Source: an uncultured Actinomycetes bacterium
GTDB taxonomy: Bacteria > Actinomycetota > Actinomycetes > Streptosporangiales > Streptosporangiaceae
Reading direction: 5' to 3'
DNA: 64,000 bases
Assembly: GCA_963707905.1 (NCBI GenBank)
Contig: CAVPSA010000020.1
Coordinates: 4,320 to 68,319, forward strand
Made by a program: the position numbers and the translations under genes. Below are positions 9,220 through 17,319 of this stretch, piece after piece. Below the pieces are notes generated by a model, which worked only from the letters and a program-made list of their open reading frames with translations, was not told where the DNA came from and made no database searches. Numbering within the stretch: position 1 is the stretch's first letter; every line of letters begins with the position of its first letter.

Positions 9220-11490
9220 ATGGTCTTCGCGATCGTCTGGCAGAAGCGAGCACTTGCCGTGGGGGCGGTGCTTGCTGCTACGACCCTGTCGGTGGCAGGT
9301 GCTGCCGCCGCGGCCGGCCAGCATTCGCCGGCGGACCGCGGCGGCCGGGGGCCACATGCGGGCGCCCCGGCGACGCTGCGGCAGGTCACCTACCTGGGAT
9401 ACACATTCGAGGTCCCGGCGGCGTGGCCTGTGATCGACCTCGCGGCCAGCCCGGCCACCTGCGTGCGGTTCGACCGGCACGCCTTTTACCTGGGCCAGCC
9501 GGGCACCGGCCAGTTGTGCCCCAGTGGGCTGGTCGGGTCCACCGAGGCGGTGCTCGTCGCGCCGGCCACTGTGGCGGCCGGGAGCCAGCCGTCCCAGGCC
9601 ACCGAGGACCCGGTCGCGCGGCGGATCACGGTCAACGCGCCCAGGATCACGGTGACCGCCGCGTACCAGAACGACCGGCCGCAGGTCCTGGCCATACTCA
9701 GGTCCGCCGGGCTGCCGCCGCCGGCCGTCCAGGACCCGGCTGACATCCGGCTGGGCACCCTGAACGCCGGGCCCACCGTCCCGGCCAGCGCGACCAACAG
9801 CACCGGCCTGGGCTTCGACGCCTGCGCCGCGCCTGCGTCGGCCGTCATGAGCGCCTGGCTGGCCCACTCCAGCTATCAGGCGATCGGCATCTACATCGGC
9901 GGCTCGGACCGCGCGTGCGCACAGCCGAACCTGACCGCGGCCTGGGTGAGCCAGCAGGCGGCGGCAGGCTGGCACTTCATCCCGCTGTACGTCGGCCCGC
10001 AGGTGTCGTTCAAGGGTGAGGTCACCAGCGCGACGAGCCAGGCGGTCAGCGCCGCGCAGGACGCCGTCGTCCAGGCCCGGACGCTGGGCTTCGGGGCGGG
10101 AACGCCGATCTACTACGACATGGAGGCTTACTCGCCGAGCCGGAGCCGGGCCGCGATGAAGTTCTTCACCGCGTGGACCACGGAACTGCACTCGCTGGGC
10201 TACAAGTCCGCCATCTACAGCAGTTCCGACTCCGGCATCAGCGACCTGGCCAGCAACTACGCGAACACGTCCAGCGCCATGCCGGACGTGATCTACGACG
10301 CGCTGTGGAACGGCTTCGCCGACACCAATGACGCCAACGTCCCGGCCGGCGACTGGGCCAACCACCAGCGCGTGCATCAGTTCTCCGGGAACATCTCCGA
10401 GCGCCACGGCGGCTACCGGATCGACATCGACCAGGACTACCTCGATGTCCAGCTCGGCGGCGGCAGCGGTGGTGGTGGCGGCGGCCAGGGCAACGGCCGC
10501 CCCACCCGGCAGGCATCCCGGGCGGTCAGCACCACCGGCCGCGTGGTCGATTCCTTCTTCACCGGCCGCGACCGGGCGCTCTGGTCGACCGCCTATCAGC
10601 CCGGGCGCGGCTGGTCCGCGCCGGTGAGCCTGGGCGGGACGCTGCAGGGGCAGCCGTCGGCCGTGACCACGGCCACCGGGATGATGGCGTTCTTCCGCGG
10701 CGCCCACGGCGGCCGGCTGCACTACGTGACCGCCAGCGGCGGCAACTGGTCGGCCGTGCAGGAACTGCCGATGGGCCCGCTGGGCACCGCGCCGCGGGCG
10801 GTGTCCACCGACAGTGGCAACGTCTACGTGTTCTGGCGGGGCGTGAACCCGCACCAACTCTGGAGCGCCCATTACGCGCCCGCCAGTGGCTGGCACGGCC
10901 CGACGCTGCTGGCCAGCGGGCTCGCCTCACAGCCGTCCCCGGCCGTGTCGGGCGCGGAGACGGTCAACGTCTTCTGGAAGGGCATGGACGGGCAGCTCTG
11001 GCATATGTCGCGGAGCCGGTCGCACTCCTGGCGCGCGCCGTCCGCGCTGGGCATGGGCCAGATCGGTGCCGCACCACACGCCACCGCGCAGCACAACGGT
11101 GAGATCGACGTGTTCTGGGGCGGGGCCACCCCGGGCAGCGTCTGGCGCGGCACCTACAGCTCGAACGCTGGATGGGGCACCCCGGAGCGCACCGGGAGCG
11201 GCATGGACGGGCAGCTCACCGTGGTGGGCTCCACGCCCAGCACGGAAAGTGCGTTCTGGAAGGGGCGGGGCGGCAAGCTCTGGCGCTCCACCAGCGAGGG
11301 CGCGGGCTGGGGCCCGGCCGCCGCGATGCCGCTGGGCGCGATCGGGACCAAGCTCGCCGCGGTCGGCCAGAGCAACGGCGTGGTCGATGTGTTCTGGCGG
11401 GGCTCCGACCGCCAGCTGTGGCACTCCCGGTTCTATCCGCAGACCTCGTCGTGGACGCTTCCGCGCGATCTCGGGGGGAGCCTGCGCTGA
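9220..11490 (+). CDS. Secreted protein: N-terminal DUF1906 (Rv2525c-like glycoside-hydrolase-like) domain, Gly linker, C-terminal 7-bladed propeller of W-rich repeats (DUF346/PLL-lectin-like)
   Basis: ATG at 9220 follows GGGGGGAGAG. Signal-like N-terminus: MVFAIVWQKRALAVGAVLAATTLSVAGAAAAAG. GLGFDACAAP...AIGIYIGG...AAGWHFIPLYVG...PIYYDMEAY fits DUF1906. Seven repeats have the form [VI]D/N-VFW[RK]G...LW (VDSFFTGRDRALW ... VDVFWRGSDRQLW). Confidence 0.6.
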   Translation: MVFAIVWQKRALAVGAVLAATTLSVAGAAAAAGQHSPADRGGRGPHAGAPATLRQVTYLGYTFEVPAAWPVIDLAASPATCVRFDRHAFYLGQPGTGQLCPSGLVGSTEAVLVAPATVAAGSQPSQATEDPVARRITVNAPRITVTAAYQNDRPQVLAILRSAGLPPPAVQDPADIRLGTLNAGPTVPASATNSTGLGFDACAAPASAVMSAWLAHSSYQAIGIYIGGSDRACAQPNLTAAWVSQQAAAGWHFIPLYVGPQVSFKGEVTSATSQAVSAAQDAVVQARTLGFGAGTPIYYDMEAYSPSRSRAAMKFFTAWTTELHSLGYKSAIYSSSDSGISDLASNYANTSSAMPDVIYDALWNGFADTNDANVPAGDWANHQRVHQFSGNISERHGGYRIDIDQDYLDVQLGGGSGGGGGGQGNGRPTRQASRAVSTTGRVVDSFFTGRDRALWSTAYQPGRGWSAPVSLGGTLQGQPSAVTTATGMMAFFRGAHGGRLHYVTASGGNWSAVQELPMGPLGTAPRAVSTDSGNVYVFWRGVNPHQLWSAHYAPASGWHGPTLLASGLASQPSPAVSGAETVNVFWKGMDGQLWHMSRSRSHSWRAPSALGMGQIGAAPHATAQHNGEIDVFWGGATPGSVWRGTYSSNAGWGTPERTGSGMDGQLTVVGSTPSTESAFWKGRGGKLWRSTSEGAGWGPAAAMPLGAIGTKLAAVGQSNGVVDVFWRGSDRQLWHSRFYPQTSSWTLPRDLGGSLR

Positions 11491-11889
11491 CGCCCCGGCC
11501 GCCGGCCGGGCCGCCGCCCGGCCGGGCACCCGGCCCGCCGTTCGGCTTGCCGCCCAGCCCTTCGTCCGGTCACAGAAAGGAGCCATCAATACACAAATGG
11601 CAGCTAAATGCCTGCTCCGGGACCGGTGCACCGATCGTGGTGCTCACGCGAAGACCATGGAAGTGCCATGGAAGTCCCATGCGTGCGTTTACCCGCCGGG
11701 AGGCGGGTAGCCTGGGCGGATATGGCCGGGAAAGCCCGGCCCCAGACGGCGCGCTTTGCCTGCGGCACGCACACAGCCGCGATAGCGTGGCCAGGATCGC
11801 AGCCCGGAGGCCGCCCGCTTCCGCCGCCGGGACTCATAACCCAAGGCCGCCGGCCAGTGATAGGCCGGCCCCCGCAATGAGGATGCTGC

Positions 11890-12609
11890 ATGACTGTCGG
11901 ATCGTCTCGGATCGGCGCGGCCGTGAAGCGCAGGCTGCAAACCTCTGTCGGCAAACGGTTCAGTAGGTTCATCGTGGTGGCCGCCGGAGCGGTCATCGCC
12001 AGCCAGATCACGCTGACCGTGTGCCTGGGGCCTGTGGGCTGGACCGCCGGCCGTTCGGCCGTCGCGGCCTGGCTTGTCGGTGCGGCCGTGAGCTACATCC
12101 TGTCGCGGTGGGCCTGGGAGCGCAAAGGCAAGCCCAACCTGCTGAAGGAGACCCTGCCCTTCTGGATCGTGGCCGTGGGCACCGCGGTCGTGCTGACGCT
12201 CACCACCAAGTGGGCCAACCAGCAGGCCATCGCGATGGGCCTGACCCACGTCAAGCGGGTGCTGTTCGTTGACGCCGCCTACTTCGTGGCGAACTGCGTG
12301 ACGTTCCTGACCCGTTTCCTGATCTTCCACTACATCCTTTTCAAGGACAGGGGAGCCGGGGTCTCGGAGCTGATGTCGGAACTGCCGGCCTCGGAAATGC
12401 CCGGCGCGCGAGGGACTCAGTCAGCCGCGGGTGGCATTCCGTCCGTGGCTGCCGCGGGTGAGGGCAACGGCTCCGAGCCGTTCGCGGCCGCGGGCTCGGG
12501 AGCCCGGGTGAACGGGTCGGCGTGGTCGGACAACGCAGCCGAGCGCTCGGCTGGCCGCGCGCCGGCCAGGGACGACGCGGCCCTGCCGGAGCCGGGCACC
12601 CGGCGCTGA
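11890..12609 (+). CDS. GtrA-family membrane protein (polyprenyl-phosphate-sugar translocation family) with a low-complexity C-terminal tail
   Basis: FSRFIVVAAGAVIASQITLTVCL...AVSYILSRWAWERK...FVANCVTFLTRFLIFHYILF fits the 4-TM GtrA pattern. ATG at 11890 follows GAGGA. The last ~60 codons overlap the convergent gene. Confidence 0.7.
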   Translation: MTVGSSRIGAAVKRRLQTSVGKRFSRFIVVAAGAVIASQITLTVCLGPVGWTAGRSAVAAWLVGAAVSYILSRWAWERKGKPNLLKETLPFWIVAVGTAVVLTLTTKWANQQAIAMGLTHVKRVLFVDAAYFVANCVTFLTRFLIFHYILFKDRGAGVSELMSELPASEMPGARGTQSAAGGIPSVAAAGEGNGSEPFAAAGSGARVNGSAWSDNAAERSAGRAPARDDAALPEPGTRR

Positions 12610-14339
12610 CGCTCGCGCCACCAGGTGCCGAGCACGACGCCTGCGTACTTCAGCCCGTAGATCGCGTTGTGCCCCTTCTTGCTCTCGCCGACCTTGCGCT
12701 TGTGGATGGTGGCCGGCACCTCCGCCACCCGGAACCCGTGCGTGAGCACGGCGATGAGCAGTTCGGACGACTGGTACTGGGGCTGCCGTAGCCGGACCGC
12801 CCCGGTTACCTCGGCGCGCATGGCGCGCAGGCCGAACGAGGAGTCGGTGATGCGCTGCCCGGTGAGCAGGCTGATGGTCACCGCGAACACCCAGGTGCCC
12901 AGGCGGCGCACCGGGTCGTTGGTTTCCTGGCTGCCGAGCTTGCGCGACCCGGTGACGAAATCGGCACGGCCGTCCACCACGGGCCGCAGCACCGCGTCCA
13001 TCTCGGCCGGGTTGTACTGCCCGTCGGCGTCGGTGGTGATGATGTACTGCGCGCCGCCTTCGCGGGCCAGCCGGTAGCCCAGCCGCAGCGCCGCACCCTG
13101 GCCCCGGTTCACCGGCACGTCACAGACCAGCGCGCCATGCGCGTTCGCCTCTTCAGCGGTGCCGTCCCTGGAGCCGTCCGACACGACGATCGCCATGGTG
13201 CCCAGCCCGCACAGCGTGTTGGGCAGCGCATCCACGACCGAGCCGACCACGCCTTCCTCGTTGTAGGCGGCGATGACGATGGCCACCGGGGGCAGCGCGG
13301 TCGCCCGTTCGCCGTGCTGGCCGAAGAAGGCGGTCGCCGCGGCGTCGTCGACTGCCGCGTCTTGACGGGTGCTGGTCACGGTGCAGCCTTTCCATCCGGG
13401 GCCTGAGCCCCTGTACCGGGAGCCGGCGCCGCCGGCCGGCGCGAACTCTGGCCACACTGTGGCGATCCCCGACTTCAGGTCGTGCGTGGGCCGGTAGCCC
13501 ATGGCACGGGCGGCAGAGATGTCGACGATGACCGCGGGCATCTCGCCGGGCTTAGCAGCGATGTTCTCGACCGGGATGGGCGCACCCGTGACGCTCCGCG
13601 CGGCCGCGATGATGTCGTTCACGGTGACGGACTCGCCGGCCCCGATGATCGTCGAGCCGGTGGCGCGGCTGCGCCAGGCCAGGAGCAGGGCCGACACGAT
13701 GTCATCCACATGGATCAGGTCACGGATCTGGGTGCCGTCGCCGTATACCTGCACCCCGTGGCCGTCGCGCGCCGCGCGCATCAGCCGCGGCACGAAGCTG
13801 TCCTTGTGCTGCATGCCAGGGCCGTACACGTTGGAGAACCGCAGCGCACAGCCGGCGATACCGTAAGCCGCGGTGTAGCAGCTCACCAGCATCTCCCCGG
13901 CTGCCTTGGTGGCCCCATAGGGAGTCAGCGGCCGGAGCGCGTCCTGCTCGGTGATGACACTCCTGCCGACGTCACCGACCACGGCGTTGGTGGACGCCAG
14001 GATGAAGCTGCCCACCCCGCGGGTCCGGGCCAGTTCCAGCAGCGTGGCGGTTGCCTGCACGTTGGTCTGGTAGGTGCCCACGGGATCCTCAAGCGAACGG
14101 AGTACAGAGGTCACCGCGGCCAGGTGGAAGATCGTGCCGGTGCCGGGGCTGACGGCGCGGGCAGCGACGGACTCGTCGCGCAGGTCGCCGACTACCGCCT
14201 GAACTCCCGGCTCGGCCGGCTCGAGCAGGTCCGCCACGGTGACCTCGGCGCCGGAATCGAGCAGCGCGCGCACGAGGCGGCGCCCGATAAACCCGGAACC
14301 TCCGGTCACCAGCACCCGGGAACCCTGTTCAGCCGTCAT
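12417..14339 (-). CDS. Fusion protein: N-terminal NAD-dependent sugar epimerase/dehydratase (SDR) plus C-terminal family-2 glycosyltransferase (polyprenyl-phosphate glycosyltransferase-like)
   Basis: SDR part: VLVTGGSGFIGRRLVRALL, YGATKAAGE. GT2 part: VAIVIAAYNEEGVVGSVVDAL, VVSDGSRDGT, TTDADGQYNPAEM, plus C-terminal TM/amphipathic segments. ATG at 14339 follows GGAGA. Confidence 0.8.
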   Translation of the reverse strand: MTAEQGSRVLVTGGSGFIGRRLVRALLDSGAEVTVADLLEPAEPGVQAVVGDLRDESVAARAVSPGTGTIFHLAAVTSVLRSLEDPVGTYQTNVQATATLLELARTRGVGSFILASTNAVVGDVGRSVITEQDALRPLTPYGATKAAGEMLVSCYTAAYGIAGCALRFSNVYGPGMQHKDSFVPRLMRAARDGHGVQVYGDGTQIRDLIHVDDIVSALLLAWRSRATGSTIIGAGESVTVNDIIAAARSVTGAPIPVENIAAKPGEMPAVIVDISAARAMGYRPTHDLKSGIATVWPEFAPAGGAGSRYRGSGPGWKGCTVTSTRQDAAVDDAAATAFFGQHGERATALPPVAIVIAAYNEEGVVGSVVDALPNTLCGLGTMAIVVSDGSRDGTAEEANAHGALVCDVPVNRGQGAALRLGYRLAREGGAQYIITTDADGQYNPAEMDAVLRPVVDGRADFVTGSRKLGSQETNDPVRRLGTWVFAVTISLLTGQRITDSSFGLRAMRAEVTGAVRLRQPQYQSSELLIAVLTHGFRVAEVPATIHKRKVGESKKGHNAIYGLKYAGVVLGTWWRERQRRVPGSGRAASSLAGARPAERSAALSDHADPFTRAPEPAAANGSEPLPSPAAATDGMPPAAD

Positions 14340-14984
14340 ATGTTCTCCGTTCGCGGTAGCGACATCACAGTTGTGCCTCACCCGGTTCTACCGGGATCCT
14401 GCGGGCGGTGTGGCCTGGTCCGGTGAAGCCACCAGGTATGGCCCGGCCGCCACGGGCCCTGGTTGGTATTCCGGGCCTGCCGCGGCCCTGTGCTTATGAC
14501 GGGGTATCCGGGCATCCTTGAGCATCGAAGTTCCCGGTGCCCCGCCCTGGCAGCCGGGCTCGGGCTGCCGCGCAGCGCGCTCCAGCCTGAGGGCTGGTAC
14601 CGCACGGCGCGTGGACAGTGTAGCCGCAGGCTGTCAGTGCTTTCCCTGGGAAGCCACGGCTGCTTCGGACTCTGGGCTACTCTCAATGCGCCGGCCGGGG
14701 CCATGGGGGGAGAGCGACGGGGGGAGCGCATCAGGGCCCGGGGGCCCCTCTTTCGTCCATCCTGATGGGTACTCTGCCCAGTCGGTACATAATGACCACA
14801 GCAGGTAACGCGACCACGCGGAAGGACGGTTGTCACTAAGGGTGACCCCGCGATGTCAGTTACCGGGGGCGGGTCTGACGCGGAATGATCGTGACGTGTG
14901 CCACGGCCCCTGGTGACCAGGGGGAACCAGGATGACCTGTGGGACTACGGCTGGATAGAAGTGTCAGCACATGGTGGAAGGGCG

Positions 14985-17288
14985 ATGACCGAGGGTCAGA
15001 AAGTAACGGCTGCCGCGGCGCGCGACCCGGGGGCGGGCGCGAGTGCGAGGCCGATGGCCGACGCCCAGCCCGCTCCGGCAGGCCCAGTCCAGGCCGGGCC
15101 AGCCCCCGGTGAGCCAGCGCCGACCGCACCCGCCCCCGTCGAGCCCGCTCCGGCGGGACCGGTCGCTGCCGAGGCCGCGCCAGCCGGGCCGGCCCGGCCG
15201 GCCGCCGAGGGCCCGCGGCTAGGCCACAAGCCCAGGCACAGCCAGGTCTCGCCGCGCGGCGACGAGCAGGCTCAGGCCCAGGAGGCACCCCGGGCCCAGC
15301 GACCCGCCCAGGGCCCCCACTCATCTCAAGCTCCCGGGAAGCCGGAAAGCCAGAGGCCGGAAGCACAGAGGCCGGAAGCACAGAGGCCGGAAGGCCCGGA
15401 GCCGGAAGGCCCGGAGCCGGAAGGCCCGGAGCCGGAAGGCTCAGGGGGGCCTCAAGGCCCGGAGCCGGCGCAGGGCCAGGAGATCGAGCCGCATGTCCGG
15501 GTGGACGGCCGGCTCCTCGAGTCCGCGATCCTCGCGCTGCGCAAGCCCATCGTCGCAGCCTCGCTCCCGCTGGAAGCGCCCGGCGTGGAGGAGGCCCGGC
15601 AGGAACGGCACAAACTGCTCAGCCAGATCGACGACTACCTGCTGCCGCGCCTGCGCGAATCGGGTGCCCCGATCCTGGTGGCCCTGGTCGGTTCCACGGG
15701 GGCGGGCAAGTCGACGCTGGTGAACAGCATCGTCGGTACCCATGTCAGCATGACCGGCATTCGCCGGCCCACGACCAACAGCCCGGTGCTCGCCTGCCAC
15801 CCCGATGACGTGGGCTGGTTCGCTGAGAACGTCTTCCTGCCCACCGTGCCGCGGGTGCGCCAGGAGGGCCTCGCCCGGTCCGGCAAGGACGGCCTGCTCG
15901 TGCTCGCGGCGAATGAGGGGATGCCCAAGGGCGTGGCGCTACTCGACACGCCCGACATCGACTCGGTGGTACAGGCACACCGCGAGTTCGCCTACCAGTT
16001 CCTGGACGCCTCCGACCTGTGGCTGTTCATGACCACGGCAAGCCGTTATGCCGATGCCATGGTGTGGGAACTACTCCAGCATGCCAGGGACCGGGGAGCA
16101 GCCCTGGGCGTCGTTTTGTCTCGTGTTCTTCCTGCCGTCAGCCCTGAGGTGGTCGAGCACTTCCACGCCATGCTGGAAGCGAACGGACTGGGCGGCAATC
16201 AGCAATTCGTCATTCCAGAGACCATCCTCATCGACGCCAAGCTGCCGCCAGAGATCTGTGCGCCGGTGCGGGAGTGGCTGGCGGAGACCGCGGAACAGCC
16301 CGATCGCCGCGTGGCCGTGCTCACCAGGACCATGTCCGGGGTCCTCGACACCTTCCGCACCCGGGTGCCCTCGCTGGCCGCCCAGGTGGAAGCTCAGGTC
16401 ACCCTGCGGGCCGGCCTGACCAGCGCCGTGGCCGGGTCCTACCAGGCGGGCCTGGACGAGATCGACCGGAGACTGCAGGACGGCTCCCTGATGAGCGGGG
16501 AGGTGCTCGCGCGCTGGCAGGACTTCGCCGGCGCCGGTGACGTCCTGCAGTCCCTGCAGTCGCGGCGGGGAAGCAGGCAGCGCCGGCACCGGGCCCCGGC
16601 CAAGGCCCAGGCGCTGAAGATGGCGGCACGCACCGCCGTCGAGTCGCTGATCACCTCGGCGGCCAACCGCGCCGCGGAGGACTGCCTGGCCCGCTGGCGG
16701 GATCACCCGGCGGGCGCGGTCCTGCTCGACCACCTCGGCTCGGGTGGCAGCACCGCGGCATGGCAGTCGGAGTTCGCCGCGGAAGCAGGCCTGATCTTCG
16801 GCTGGGAGTCAGCGGAGCCCGGCGGGGCCGCGAGCGAGGGGCTCGGCGACCCGCAGGCGCGGATCGCGGCACTCGGCCGGTCGTCACCGGACCTGGCGGC
16901 CCACGCGACGCGGGCCGTCAGCGCCTGGCAGGACCAGGTGACCCGCCTTGTGCAAGCGGAGAACGTCACCAAACGATCCATCGCCAAGGTCGTGTCCCTG
17001 GACAACGACTCGCTGGCCACGGTGCTCATCGTCAGCCTGTTCGGGGCCGGCGAGGACGACACGGGCACGGCGGCGATTCCGCGCCGCCTGCTCACGACGC
17101 TGTTCGGGGCGGGGCCATTGCGGGACATCATGGCGCGGACAGGGGCCGACCTGCGGCACCGGATCGCACTGCTCCTCGATGAGGAGATGCGCCGGTTCGC
17201 CGACGTGATCGACGCGGTGGGCACGCCTGACGCCGCTGCGAGCCTGCGCCTCTACCAGGCGACCTACGCCCTGGAGGTGGCACGGTGA
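14985..17288 (+). CDS. Dynamin-like GTPase (bacterial DLP), soluble partner with a Pro/Ala/Glu-rich disordered N-terminus
   Basis: P-loop VALVGSTGAGKSTLVNSIVG, G3 LLDTPDIDS, and a DLWLFMTTASRYADA segment followed by a long helical stalk. ATG at 14985 follows GGTGGAAGGG. Confidence 0.7.
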   Translation: MTEGQKVTAAAARDPGAGASARPMADAQPAPAGPVQAGPAPGEPAPTAPAPVEPAPAGPVAAEAAPAGPARPAAEGPRLGHKPRHSQVSPRGDEQAQAQEAPRAQRPAQGPHSSQAPGKPESQRPEAQRPEAQRPEGPEPEGPEPEGPEPEGSGGPQGPEPAQGQEIEPHVRVDGRLLESAILALRKPIVAASLPLEAPGVEEARQERHKLLSQIDDYLLPRLRESGAPILVALVGSTGAGKSTLVNSIVGTHVSMTGIRRPTTNSPVLACHPDDVGWFAENVFLPTVPRVRQEGLARSGKDGLLVLAANEGMPKGVALLDTPDIDSVVQAHREFAYQFLDASDLWLFMTTASRYADAMVWELLQHARDRGAALGVVLSRVLPAVSPEVVEHFHAMLEANGLGGNQQFVIPETILIDAKLPPEICAPVREWLAETAEQPDRRVAVLTRTMSGVLDTFRTRVPSLAAQVEAQVTLRAGLTSAVAGSYQAGLDEIDRRLQDGSLMSGEVLARWQDFAGAGDVLQSLQSRRGSRQRRHRAPAKAQALKMAARTAVESLITSAANRAAEDCLARWRDHPAGAVLLDHLGSGGSTAAWQSEFAAEAGLIFGWESAEPGGAASEGLGDPQARIAALGRSSPDLAAHATRAVSAWQDQVTRLVQAENVTKRSIAKVVSLDNDSLATVLIVSLFGAGEDDTGTAAIPRRLLTTLFGAGPLRDIMARTGADLRHRIALLLDEEMRRFADVIDAVGTPDAAASLRLYQATYALEVAR
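15341..15440 (+). repeat. In-frame 15-nt tandem repeats (gccggaagcacagag x3, then gccggaaggcccgga x3.5) encoding (RPEAQ)n/(GPEPE)n
   Basis: Read directly from the sequence inside the N-terminal region of the GTPase gene. Confidence 0.9.
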
Positions 17289-17319
17289 GCGCGGCTGTGG
17301 TCGTGCGCGGGGGCACCCG

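Noticed and set aside
11597-11710. 37-aa Cys-containing small ORF (MAAKCLLRDRCTDRGAHAKTMEVPWKSHACVYPPGGG) downstream of an AAAGGAG in the lower-GC spacer before gtrA; considered as a RiPP precursor or small protein.
   Set aside because: The RBS spacing (~14 nt) is poor, there are no modification or transport genes nearby, and conservation cannot be assessed. Left unannotated.
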